Shown here: positions 39,844-48,931 of the stretch, piece by piece
How positions within the stretch are numbered: position 1 is the stretch's first letter
Layout of the letters: each line of letters opens with the position of its first letter
Source of the DNA: Bacteroidales bacterium
GTDB taxonomy: Bacteria > Bacteroidota > Bacteroidia > Bacteroidales > WCHB1-69
Reading direction: 5' to 3'
Assembly: GCA_045132235.1 (NCBI GenBank)
Contig: JBGURX010000052.1
Location: 17,514-81,513, forward strand
DNA length: 64,000 nt
Program-made: the position numbers and the translations under genes
Notes under the pieces: generated by a model
Told to the model about the DNA's origin: nothing
The model's input: only the letters and a program-made list of their open reading frames with translations
Databases searched by the model: none

Positions 39844-41961
39844 CTATTTTTTCAGATATTCATCCAAGAAGCGGAAAAACTCGCGCTGCCAGAGGAAGGC
39901 GTTCTGCGGTTTCAGCACAAAGTGAGTCTCTTCGGGGAAGAAGAGGAAACGGCTCGGGATGCCCTTCATCTGGGCAATGTCGAAAGCCTGCATGCCCTCG
40001 GTATAGGGGATGCGGAAGTCGTTGCCGCCATGGATGACCAAAATAGGAGTGTCCCAGTTGCCCACGAACTTGTTGGGCGAGAAGTTGTAGCTGTTGGGCT
40101 TGTTGTCCCAGTAGTTGCCTTCGATGTCGTGGTTGGCGAAGAAGAGCTCCTCGGTGGTGCCGTACCAGCTCTCGAAGTTGAACATACCGCAGTGGGCGAT
40201 GAGGGCTTTGAAGCGTTTGTTGTGGTTGCCGGCCAGCCAATACACCGAGTAGCCGCCGAAACTGGCACCCACAGCACCCAGACGGTTCTCATCCACGTAC
40301 GGCTCTTTCGCCACCTCGTCGATGGCCGACAGGTAGTCCTTCATGCACTGTCCGCCGTAGTCGCCGCTGATCTCGTCGTTCCACTCCTTGCCGAAGCCGG
40401 GCAGGCCGCGACGGTTAGGAGCCACCACAATGTAGTCGTGCGCCGCCATCATCGAGAAGTTCCAGCGGTATGAGAAGAACTGGCTGACAGGCGATTGCGG
40501 GCCGCCTTCGCAGTAGAGCAGGGCGGGGTATTTCTTGTTGGGGTCGAATTTCGGGGGATAGATCACCCACACGAGCATCTCCTTGCCGTCGGTGGTCTTC
40601 ACCCAGCGTTTCTCGGTCTTGCCCATGTCGATTTGGTCCAAGTACTCTTTGTTGGTGAAGGTGAGCTGGGTTTCGGCGCCGCTGTTCGGGTCCACAGCGT
40701 AGATTTCGGCGGGCAGCTGGTGCGTGGTCTTGGTGGCGATGAGTTTGCCGTTGGCCCATGCCAGCGAGTTGTAGTCGTGGTCGCCGTTGGTGATGACCTT
40801 GACCTCTTCCATAGTCTGTTTTTTCTTCTCGAAGCGGGTCTGCCACACGAAAATCTGGTTGGTGCCCTCGTAGCTGCTGAGGAAGTAGATTTTCTTGCCG
40901 TCAGGGCTCCACACGAAACTTTCGGGGTTGAGCTGGCTGTCGTTGCCGCCCACCAGCATGCGGGTGCTGTTGGTTTTGAAGTCGTGCAGCATCATCCGTT
41001 TCTGGTCCGATTCGAAGCCGTCGGTCTCCATGCTCCACCATACGAGTTGGCTGCCATCGGGGCTCCATACAGGGTTCATGTCGTAGCCGAGGTTGCCTTC
41101 GGTGAGGTTGGTGGTCTGTTCAGTGGCAAGGTCGTAGATGAAAATGTCGGTGTTGGTGCTCACGGCGAAATCCTTGCCGGTGGCGCGTTTGCAGCAGTAG
41201 GCGATCTTTTGGCCGTCGGGGCTCCACACGGCATCCTCCATGCCTCCGAAGGGAGGTACCGGACAATGGAAACGCTCGCCTTTCAGCAGCTCGATGGCCT
41301 TTTCGGGCTTTTCGTACGGGGCGATGAAGAGATGGGCGTAAGTGCCGTCGGCCCAGCTGTCCCAGTGGCGGTACATCAGGTCGTCGTAAATCATCGCGTT
41401 GGCCTGCGGCAGGTCGGCATAGCGGTCGGTGATGGTGGGGTCGAGCTGCACGTTGCAGGTGTAGAGGATGTGCGTGCCGTCGGGCGAGTACGAGAAACCG
41501 TTGATGTCGAGTTTGGAATGGGTGATCTGCGTGCGGCCGGTGCCGTCGGGGTTGCACTCGAACACCTGCATGGTGCCGTTGACCACGAACAGGAAGCCTA
41601 TTTTCTTGCCGTCGGGACGCCATACCGCCTGTACTTCATTGGCGGGGGTGCGGGTAATCTGGGTGGGTGTGCCGCCCGTGGTGGGAATGGTGTACAACTC
41701 GGTGTTGCCCTTGTTTTTCTGGTAGTCGTAATAGGTGACACCGTACAGCAGGGTTTTGCCGTCGGGCGAGACCTCCGGCGCGCTCACACGGCCGAAGTGC
41801 CAAAGAATCTGTTCGGTCAATACGCCCTTCGAGAAGTCGGGGGCGGGACGGTTGTCACGGGTAATCAGGTCCGACTTCGCATCTTTGCTTTGTGCGTTGG
41901 CCTGCGGGGTGGGAATGAGCATCATCATACTAATAACGACAAAAAAGAGGATTTTCTTCAT
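39844..41961 (-). CDS. S9 family serine peptidase (prolyl oligopeptidase/dipeptidyl peptidase type)
   Basis: Has a signal peptide and N-terminal beta-propeller repeats (SPDGKTLLYG, RPDGKKIGF, SPDGTHILY, SPDGQKIAY, SPDGSQLVW, SPDGKKIYF). Catalytic residues: GASFGGY (Ser), and the HGGNDFRIP / ETHFV region (Asp/His). Confidence 0.85.
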   Translation of the reverse strand: MKKILFFVVISMMMLIPTPQANAQSKDAKSDLITRDNRPAPDFSKGVLTEQILWHFGRVSAPEVSPDGKTLLYGVTYYDYQKNKGNTELYTIPTTGGTPTQITRTPANEVQAVWRPDGKKIGFLFVVNGTMQVFECNPDGTGRTQITHSKLDINGFSYSPDGTHILYTCNVQLDPTITDRYADLPQANAMIYDDLMYRHWDSWADGTYAHLFIAPYEKPEKAIELLKGERFHCPVPPFGGMEDAVWSPDGQKIAYCCKRATGKDFAVSTNTDIFIYDLATEQTTNLTEGNLGYDMNPVWSPDGSQLVWWSMETDGFESDQKRMMLHDFKTNSTRMLVGGNDSQLNPESFVWSPDGKKIYFLSSYEGTNQIFVWQTRFEKKKQTMEEVKVITNGDHDYNSLAWANGKLIATKTTHQLPAEIYAVDPNSGAETQLTFTNKEYLDQIDMGKTEKRWVKTTDGKEMLVWVIYPPKFDPNKKYPALLYCEGGPQSPVSQFFSYRWNFSMMAAHDYIVVAPNRRGLPGFGKEWNDEISGDYGGQCMKDYLSAIDEVAKEPYVDENRLGAVGASFGGYSVYWLAGNHNKRFKALIAHCGMFNFESWYGTTEELFFANHDIEGNYWDNKPNSYNFSPNKFVGNWDTPILVIHGGNDFRIPYTEGMQAFDIAQMKGIPSRFLFFPEETHFVLKPQNAFLWQREFFRFLDEYLKK

Positions 41962-42031
41962 GATTTTTATTATGTATTAATTTGATTATCAATAAATTGA
42001 ATGGCAAAATGCAGATTTTGCTTTCAAACGG

Positions 42032-42039
42032 CAAATTTA
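42032..42039 (-). promoter_or_regulatory. Candidate -7 promoter box (TAAATTTG on the minus strand) for the S9 peptidase-led gene string
   Basis: The plus strand reads CAAATTTA, 71 nt upstream of the ATG at 41961. Confidence 0.4.
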
Positions 42040-42052
42040 CATTTTTTCCTCG

Positions 42053-42060
42053 TATATTTG
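42053..42060 (+). promoter_or_regulatory. -7 promoter box TATATTTG for murB
   Basis: Matches TAnnTTTG, 19 nt upstream of the ATG at 42079. Confidence 0.5.
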
Positions 42061-42078
42061 CACACTTGACTTTGTTTT

Positions 42079-43089
42079 ATGAAAGATATTAAAAATCAAC
42101 AACTTAAGCCGTATAATACTTTTCACATCCCAGCGCTGTGCGACCGCTTTGTGCAGGTGGAATCCGAGCAGGAAATACCCCGTCTGTTGGAAGAAGGAAT
42201 GTTGGAGGGAAAGCATCTGGTGCTGGGCGGCGGCAGCAACATCCTTTTCACCGATGATTTTCATGGCACGGTGGTGCAGATGTGTACGCACGGAATCGCT
42301 GTGGTAGAAGAAGATACGGAGTCGGTGCTGCTGGAGGTGGCGACCGGCGAGGAGTGGGCCGACTTTGTGGATTTCTGCATCCGGAACCACTATTATGGAG
42401 TGGAGAATCTGATTGGCATTCCCGGCCGCGTGGGCAGCTGTCCCGTACAAAATATCGGTGCCTATGGTGTGGAGGTGAAGGATGTGATAGAGAGTGTGAT
42501 AGGATATAGAATTTCTACGAAAAAGCCTTTTGAACTCGCCAACGCAGAATGCGCCTTCGGCTATCGTTCTTCCATTTTCAAAACGGATTGGAAAGGTGAT
42601 GTGCTGATTACCCGCGTGCGGTTCCGTCTCTCCAAAATTCCCCATTTCACCCTTACCTATCAGGCATTATCCAAAGAGTTGGAAAACAAAAAAATGGAGC
42701 TGACCTTGGAGAATGTTGCCAACATGGTGAAATCCATCCGAGATGCCAAGTTGCCCGATATCAGAAAGATAGGTTGCGCAGGCAGTTTCTTCAAGAATCC
42801 GGTGGTGCCGGTGGAGGTGCGTGATGCGCTGGCTCGTGAAATCCCGCAGTTGGTGTCGTACCCGGCAGGCGAGGGGATGGCCAAACTGGCTGCCGGACAA
42901 CTCATCGACCTCGCCGGCATGAAGGGCGTGCGCGAGGGCGATGCCGGCGTTTATCCGTATCAGGCATTGGTGATTGTAAACTATGGAAACGCCTCAGGTA
43001 CAGAGATTTGTAATTTCTATAAAAAGGTGCAGAAGGCAGTCTTCGACCGCTTCGGCATTGCCATCGAACCCGAGGTGAACATTGAATGA
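42079..43089 (+). CDS. murB: UDP-N-acetylmuramate dehydrogenase
   Basis: 336 aa. Has the FAD-binding PCMH domain (LVLGGGSNILF, ENLIGIPGRVGSCPVQNIGAYGVE) and the C-terminal region AGSFFKNP...GQLID.AG.KG. Confidence 0.9.
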   Translation: MKDIKNQQLKPYNTFHIPALCDRFVQVESEQEIPRLLEEGMLEGKHLVLGGGSNILFTDDFHGTVVQMCTHGIAVVEEDTESVLLEVATGEEWADFVDFCIRNHYYGVENLIGIPGRVGSCPVQNIGAYGVEVKDVIESVIGYRISTKKPFELANAECAFGYRSSIFKTDWKGDVLITRVRFRLSKIPHFTLTYQALSKELENKKMELTLENVANMVKSIRDAKLPDIRKIGCAGSFFKNPVVPVEVRDALAREIPQLVSYPAGEGMAKLAAGQLIDLAGMKGVREGDAGVYPYQALVIVNYGNASGTEICNFYKKVQKAVFDRFGIAIEPEVNIE

Positions 43090-43142
43090 AATAAATTTGA
43101 AAAAAATTGAAAATTCCATCTTGCAGTTCAAAAAATTAATAG

Positions 43143-43150
43143 TAAATTTG
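43143..43150 (+). promoter_or_regulatory. -7 promoter box TAAATTTG for recJ
   Basis: Matches TAnnTTTG, 30 nt upstream of the ATG at 43180. Confidence 0.5.
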
Positions 43151-43179
43151 CACCCTCCAAAATTTAGCAAATTTATAGG

Positions 43180-44946
43180 ATGGAAAAACGATGGATTCTC
43201 AATGCTGCCCCCGACGAAAGCGAAGTGGAAAGCTTCAGTAAACTTTTGTCTATAGAAAAACCTTTAGCTTCCCTTCTGATTAGTAGAGGGATACGCACGC
43301 TGGAGGATGCGGAGTTGTTTTTCAATCCAGACATTTCCAAACTTCACGACCCCTTCCTGATGAAGGATATGGACAAGGCCGTTGAGCGCCTTTCCCGTGC
43401 CATTATTAACAATGAGAAAATCCTTATCTACGGCGACTACGACGTGGATGGCACCTCGGCGGTGGCACTCGTCTATTCTTTCTTGAAGGAGATTATCGGG
43501 TCGGAATACAAAAACTACATCGAATACTACATACCTGACAGATACTTAGAGGGTTATGGTATCTCAGATCAGGGTATTGAATACTGTCACGCCAACGATT
43601 TCACTCTGCTGATTTCGCTCGACTGCGGCATCAAGGCGAATGACAAGGTGGCGTTTGCCAACAGCTATGGCATCGATGTCATCATCTGCGACCACCACCT
43701 CGAGGGCGACGAACTGCCCGATGCGGTGGCGGTGCTCGACCCCAAGCGCAGCGGCTGCCCCTATCCCTACAAGGAGCTTTCGGGTTGCGGCGTGGGCTTC
43801 AAGCTGATTCAGGGCTACTGCAAGAAATTCAACCTGCCCGACCAGCTCTGGCTTTCCAAGCTCGATTTGGTGGCCATCTCCATCGCCTCCGACATTGTGG
43901 CCATCACCGGCGAGAACAGAATCTTAGCCTATTTCGGCCTCATCATCATCAACCGCTTCCCCCGCGTCGGCATCAAGTCCATCATCGAACAGTCGGGTAT
44001 CAAAATCCACTACCCGCCTACCGAGCAGACCATCTTCAACCGCGTCATTTCCATCACCGACCTCGTGTTCAACGTGGGTCCCCGTATCAACGCTGCCGGC
44101 CGTATCAACACCGGCCGCGAGTCGGTCAAGCTGCTCATCTGCGACGACGAGGACAAGTCGATGGAGATCGGCAAGAACATCAACTCGCACAACGACACCC
44201 GCCGCGACCTCGACAAGAAGGCCACCAGCGAGGCGGTCAACGAAATCCTCTCCAACGACGACTACCGCGACCGCAAGAGCATCGTGCTTTACAACCCCAC
44301 TTGGAATAAAGGCATTATCGGTATTGTCGCCTCCCGCATCGTGGAGGAGTTCTACCGTCCCACCATCATCCTCACCAAGTCCACCGACGGACTCATCACC
44401 GGCTCGGCGCGCTCCATCAAGGAGTTCAACATCTACAACGGCATCGACTACTGCGCCGACCTGCTGGAGCACTTCGGCGGCCACAACTACGCCGCGGGCC
44501 TCTCGCTGAAAGAGGAGAACCTGCAGGCGTTCATCGACAAGTTCGAACAGTTTGTGTCTGAGCAGATTCAGGACGAGGCTGCCCTGATTCCTGAAATTGA
44601 TGTGGACATGGAGCTCGACCTCACCGACATCACCTCCCGTTTCATGGAGAACCTCAAGCGGTTCGCCCCGTTCGGTCCGGGCAACATGGCGCCCGTGTTC
44701 CTGTCGCGCCGCCTCGTGGAGGAGGGCAACGCCCGTATCGTGGGCGAGAAGCACATCAAGATGCGCGTGTGCTACCGCAACAAATACTGCCGTCCCATCG
44801 ACGCCATCGCCTTCAACCAGAAAGAAAATTTCGACAAGGTGACCTCCGGCGAGGACTTCGACATGCTGTACCATGTGGAGGAGAACACATGGAACAACGT
44901 GACCTCCATCCAGCTGAATGTGAAGGACATTAAGTGCAGCGACTAA
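43180..44946 (+). CDS. recJ: Single-stranded-DNA-specific exonuclease RecJ
   Basis: 588 aa. DHH motifs: ILIYGDYDVDGTSA, SLDCGI and VIICDHH. DHHA1 motif: FGGHNYAAG. Confidence 0.9.
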   Translation: MEKRWILNAAPDESEVESFSKLLSIEKPLASLLISRGIRTLEDAELFFNPDISKLHDPFLMKDMDKAVERLSRAIINNEKILIYGDYDVDGTSAVALVYSFLKEIIGSEYKNYIEYYIPDRYLEGYGISDQGIEYCHANDFTLLISLDCGIKANDKVAFANSYGIDVIICDHHLEGDELPDAVAVLDPKRSGCPYPYKELSGCGVGFKLIQGYCKKFNLPDQLWLSKLDLVAISIASDIVAITGENRILAYFGLIIINRFPRVGIKSIIEQSGIKIHYPPTEQTIFNRVISITDLVFNVGPRINAAGRINTGRESVKLLICDDEDKSMEIGKNINSHNDTRRDLDKKATSEAVNEILSNDDYRDRKSIVLYNPTWNKGIIGIVASRIVEEFYRPTIILTKSTDGLITGSARSIKEFNIYNGIDYCADLLEHFGGHNYAAGLSLKEENLQAFIDKFEQFVSEQIQDEAALIPEIDVDMELDLTDITSRFMENLKRFAPFGPGNMAPVFLSRRLVEEGNARIVGEKHIKMRVCYRNKYCRPIDAIAFNQKENFDKVTSGEDFDMLYHVEENTWNNVTSIQLNVKDIKCSD

Positions 44947-44967
44947 CGACGGCAGAGCCTGTAAAAG

Positions 44968-45912
44968 CTATTCCTCCAAGAAACGCTTGGCCCACTCCCG
45001 CTCCTCTTCATTGCCATATTTGACCACCTTTTTGAGGTACTTCCTTTCGTTTTTCTTATCACCAAGAAAATAGTAGGTGTCAGCAATGTTACGGAGAATT
45101 ACGCCGTCTTTAGGAGATACTTTTTCTGCTTTCAACAGCCACGTCAGAGCATTGTGGTACTCGCTGGACATTTGATAGGTGATGGCCATTACATTCAGGT
45201 TCTCTACGTAACGGGGAAATTGTTCGTACAGCTGTAAAGCAATCCCCCTCATCAATTGTATTTTATGGTTTATTCCATCAGTATTTTCATCATTTTGGGC
45301 AGCGTTAAAAAGTTCTTTTTCATAGTCAAAAATGGCTTCGGTAATCATCTCTTCCCCCGTAGAAGTGCTATTCGGGTATATCCACTGGTGATGAATTTCA
45401 GCGGAATGTTTCAGTGTGGCCAGTATTTCATTGGAAAAGTCATCCCAGCGGCATAGCTGCTGGAGGAAATGGATTTTGCCATACCGCATGTCCAATCGGT
45501 CGGGGTAGCGTGCGATACCACGGCTGATGACATCCAATGCGCTGTCAACCAATTGATAGTCATATACGTTCAAATAGTATAGATAACCTAAGGGAGCACC
45601 TGTGCTGTCGTCACGGAGTCTATAAATTTCGCCCTGCACCAGTTCGTTCTTGTCAGGTAGCTCTGTTGAAGTCATCACTCCCGAATAAGATAGTGACTTG
45701 TTGTAATAGTAGTTATATTCAGCGACATAGCGTTCGGCAGTCTGTTCATTCAAGGCACGTATCTGCCCCATGTATTCCTTCATGGCAACAGTGTCACCTT
45801 CATGAATAGCATCGTAAAACTTGTCGTAAACTTCTTGTCCCATCGCAGGCAGCAGCGGCATGACGGCTGACAGCACGGCAAGTATCAGCATCGTTCTTTT
45901 TACTAATTTCAT
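44968..45912 (-). CDS. Secreted hypothetical protein with TPR-like C-terminus
   Basis: ORF to 45966, trimmed to MKLVKRTMLILAVLSAVMPLLPAMGQ (signal peptide). The C-terminal helical repeats resemble TPR (NVMAITYQMSSEYHNALTWLLKAEKVSPKD...ADTYYFLGDKKNERKYLKK). The gene is visibly AT-richer than its neighbours. Confidence 0.5.
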   Translation of the reverse strand: MKLVKRTMLILAVLSAVMPLLPAMGQEVYDKFYDAIHEGDTVAMKEYMGQIRALNEQTAERYVAEYNYYYNKSLSYSGVMTSTELPDKNELVQGEIYRLRDDSTGAPLGYLYYLNVYDYQLVDSALDVISRGIARYPDRLDMRYGKIHFLQQLCRWDDFSNEILATLKHSAEIHHQWIYPNSTSTGEEMITEAIFDYEKELFNAAQNDENTDGINHKIQLMRGIALQLYEQFPRYVENLNVMAITYQMSSEYHNALTWLLKAEKVSPKDGVILRNIADTYYFLGDKKNERKYLKKVVKYGNEEEREWAKRFLEE

Positions 45913-45963
45913 GGTGATAATTATTGGTGGATTATTCTGTTTTAGGCTGAAAATACAACGGGA

Positions 45964-45971
45964 CAAAATTA
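45964..45971 (-). promoter_or_regulatory. -7 promoter box (TAATTTTG on the minus strand) for the TPR-like gene
   Basis: The plus strand reads CAAAATTA, 52 nt upstream of the ATG at 45912. Confidence 0.45.
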
Positions 45972-46022
45972 CATATTATTTTCTGATTTACAAGGGTTTG
46001 AAGTGAATTTTTTATCAGAAAT

Positions 46023-46031
46023 GGGGGGGGG
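46023..46031. repeat. G9 homopolymer tract in an intergenic region
   Basis: Read directly from the sequence: aaatGGGGGGGGGtaaatt. Confidence 0.95.
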
Positions 46032-46198
46032 TAAATTGTTGATTAACAATATGTTATAATTTAAAGTTGTAATAATTTAATAGGGTTGATTTTTTCAAAA
46101 TGCAGATTCCTACAGATCTTTTGATGCGGAATGTGTGAAATAATGGAAGGTAAAACCAATGACGAGGGTAAGGAGCCTGCGTGATTGGATATTTTTTG

Positions 46199-46206
46199 TA
46201 AATTTG
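46199..46206 (+). promoter_or_regulatory. -7 promoter box TAAATTTG for alaS
   Basis: Matches TAnnTTTG, 38 nt upstream of the ATG at 46244. Confidence 0.5.
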
Positions 46207-46243
46207 CAGCCGTTTTTTTAAATAGAAAAAATATTATAACAAT

Positions 46244-48850
46244 ATGAATAGCAACGAGATTCGCAAGGCTTTTTTGGATTATTTTGCATCTAAAGATCAC
46301 ACCATTGTGCCGTCAGCGCCGATGGTCATCAAAAACGACCCCACCCTGATGTTCACCAACGCAGGGATGAACCAGTTTAAGGATATCTTTTTGGGCAACG
46401 TGCCGCGCAAGTTCCCCCGCGCCGCCGACTCCCAGAAATGCCTCCGCGTGTCCGGCAAACATAATGATTTGGAGGAGGTTGGAAAGGATACCTACCACCA
46501 CACCATGTTTGAGATGCTCGGCAACTGGTCGTTCGGCGACTATTTCAAAGCCGATGCCATCGCCTACGCATGGGAGTTCCTCACCGAGGTGGTGAAACTT
46601 GACAAAGACCGCCTTTACGCCACCGTCTTCGGCGGGGATGAAAAGGACAAGACCGAAGCCGACGAGGAAGCCAAACAGCTGTGGATGAGATTTTTGCCTG
46701 AAGACCGTATCCTTTACGGCAACAAGAAAGACAACTTCTGGGAGATGGGCGACACCGGTCCGTGCGGCCCCTGCTCCGAAATCCATATCGACCTCCGCGA
46801 TGACGACGAGCGCCAGAAAATCAATGCCGTTGCCCTCATCAACAAGGACAACCCGCTGGTGATTGAGATCTGGAACCTCGTTTTCATGCAGTTCAACCGT
46901 CTGGCCTCCGGCGAGCTGGTGCCGCTGGCCGCCAAGCACGTCGATACCGGCATGGGCTTCGAACGCCTCTGCATGGCTGTTCAGGGCAAGCAATCGAACT
47001 ACGACACCGACGTGTTCCAGCCGCTGATCCAGAAACTGGCGCAGCTTTCCAACAAGAAGTACGGCGAAGACCACCAGACCGACATCGCACTCCGCGTAGT
47101 GGCCGACCACCTGCGCGCCGTGAGCTTCGCCATCGCCGACGGGCAGCTGCCCTCCAACACGGGTGCGGGCTACGTCATCCGCCGCATCCTGCGCCGTGCC
47201 ATCCGCTACGGCTATACCTTCCTCGGTTTCAACCAGCCTTTTATCAACACGTTGGTGAAAGATCTCGTGGCGCAGATGGGCGAGCAGTTCCCCGAACTGA
47301 AAGCCCAGCAGGTGCTTGTCGAGAAGGTAATTGCCGAAGAGGAGACTTCTTTCCTCAAAACCCTCGAGTCGGGTATCATCAAGTTCGAGAACTACTGCGC
47401 CAAACTGACCGCCGGGAAACCCGTGGCCGGCGACTTCGCTTTCGAACTCTTTGATACTTACGGCTTCCCGATCGACCTTACCCAGTTGCTGGCCTCCGAA
47501 AAGGGACTGCTGGTGGATATGGAAGGTTTCCAGAAGGGATTGGCCGAGCAGAAGGCCCGCTCGCGTGCCGCCGCCGCCATCGAAACCGAGGACTGGGTGG
47601 AGCTCAACGAAATCCATCCGACCGAGTTTGTCGGTTACGACACCCTTTCTTGCGAATGCAAGATTTTGAAATACAGAAAGATCAAGACCAAAGGCAAGAG
47701 CCTTTTCCAGATTGTGCTGGACAAGAGTCCGTTCTATGCCGAATCGGGCGGACAGTTAGGCGACAAAGGTGTTCTGCAGAACATCAACGAAAAAATCAAG
47801 ATTGAGAACACCATCAAGGAGAACAACCTGTGGGTGCATATTTCGACCACGTTGCCGGAGAACCTGACGGCTACCTTTACCGCCACGGTGGATGAGGACC
47901 TGCGCCAGACGACGGCCAACAACCACTCCGCTACTCACCTGATACACTTTGCGTTGCGTCAGGTGCTGGGCATCCATGTGGAGCAGAAAGGCTCGCTGGT
48001 GGCGCCCGACCGGCTCCGTTTCGACTTCTCGCACTTCGCCAAGATGAGTGCCGAGGAGATCCAGCAGGTGGAGAAAATTGTCAACGAGCTGGTACGCAAG
48101 AATATGCCGTTGAACGAGCGTCGTGCCATGCCGATTGAGGAGGCGAAGAAGCTGGGTGCAATGGCCTTGTTCGGCGAGAAATACGGCGACAAGGTGCGCG
48201 TCATCCAGTTCGGCGACTCCATCGAGTTCTGCGGTGGTACGCATACCTCCGCCACGGGCAACATCGGTTTGGTGAAGATCATTTCTGAAAGCGCGATTGC
48301 CGCGGGCGTGCGCCGTATCGAGGCCATCACGGGCAAGTATGCCGAGGAGTATGTCAACGGATTCATCGCCATCCACGACAACCTGAAGGCGCAGCTCAAC
48401 ACCGACAACGTGGAGCAGTCGGTAAGCCGCTTGGCTGCTGAGAATGCTGCCATGAAGAAGGCGTTGGAGGCCTTCAAGCAGGAGCGTATCAGCACGATGG
48501 TCAGCCAATTGCAGGGCGATGCGCGCGAGGTGAACGGCAAGAAGGTCATCGCGGCGGTGCTGGAGATGGACGCCGATAGTCTGAAACAGATCGCCTACCA
48601 GCTGCGCACCACGGCGGAGAGTCTGCTGGTGGTGTTTGGTACGGTGGAGGGCGGCAAGCCGAATCTTACGGTGGCGTTGTCGGACGACCTCGTGGCGGGC
48701 GGCTTGCAGGCGGGCAAGCTCGTGCGGGAGGCGGCGGCGCTCATACAGGGCGGTGGCGGCGGACAGCCCACGTTGGCACAGGCCGGCGGCAAGAACTGCG
48801 ACGGCATCTGCGCCGCCGTGGACAAGGTCGTGGCCCTCGCGACGGAATAA
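46244..48850 (+). CDS. alaS: Alanine--tRNA ligase
   Basis: 868 aa. Motifs: MNSNEIRKAFLDYFASKDHTIVPSAP, FTNAGMNQFKD, RVSGKHNDLEEVG, GNWSFGDYFK, the editing-domain HSATHLIH...CGGTH, and a C-terminal DHHA1-like region. Confidence 0.97.
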   Translation: MNSNEIRKAFLDYFASKDHTIVPSAPMVIKNDPTLMFTNAGMNQFKDIFLGNVPRKFPRAADSQKCLRVSGKHNDLEEVGKDTYHHTMFEMLGNWSFGDYFKADAIAYAWEFLTEVVKLDKDRLYATVFGGDEKDKTEADEEAKQLWMRFLPEDRILYGNKKDNFWEMGDTGPCGPCSEIHIDLRDDDERQKINAVALINKDNPLVIEIWNLVFMQFNRLASGELVPLAAKHVDTGMGFERLCMAVQGKQSNYDTDVFQPLIQKLAQLSNKKYGEDHQTDIALRVVADHLRAVSFAIADGQLPSNTGAGYVIRRILRRAIRYGYTFLGFNQPFINTLVKDLVAQMGEQFPELKAQQVLVEKVIAEEETSFLKTLESGIIKFENYCAKLTAGKPVAGDFAFELFDTYGFPIDLTQLLASEKGLLVDMEGFQKGLAEQKARSRAAAAIETEDWVELNEIHPTEFVGYDTLSCECKILKYRKIKTKGKSLFQIVLDKSPFYAESGGQLGDKGVLQNINEKIKIENTIKENNLWVHISTTLPENLTATFTATVDEDLRQTTANNHSATHLIHFALRQVLGIHVEQKGSLVAPDRLRFDFSHFAKMSAEEIQQVEKIVNELVRKNMPLNERRAMPIEEAKKLGAMALFGEKYGDKVRVIQFGDSIEFCGGTHTSATGNIGLVKIISESAIAAGVRRIEAITGKYAEEYVNGFIAIHDNLKAQLNTDNVEQSVSRLAAENAAMKKALEAFKQERISTMVSQLQGDAREVNGKKVIAAVLEMDADSLKQIAYQLRTTAESLLVVFGTVEGGKPNLTVALSDDLVAGGLQAGKLVREAAALIQGGGGGQPTLAQAGGKNCDGICAAVDKVVALATE

Positions 48851-48885
48851 TTGAAACAGGAAATAAACGGAAACGCCTAACATAT

Positions 48886-48922
48886 TGTAGGGATGCCATA
48901 ATATGACATCCCTACATTTTTT
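48886..48922 (+). terminator. Rho-independent terminator after alaS
   Basis: Perfect 10-bp stem TGTAGGGATG / CATCCCTACA with an 11-nt loop, followed by TTTTTT. Confidence 0.8.
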
Positions 48923-48931
48923 ATCTGATAA

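Noticed and set aside
40495-41985. 496-aa plus-strand ORF antisense to the S9 peptidase
   Set aside because: The composition is a V/G/A/E/H-rich shadow. The minus strand has peptidase propeller repeats and the GASFGGY catalytic motif.
46313-48883. Two long minus-strand ORFs (434 aa and 375 aa) antisense to alaS
   Set aside because: alaS on the plus strand is certain. The antisense products are low-complexity and have no independent signals.
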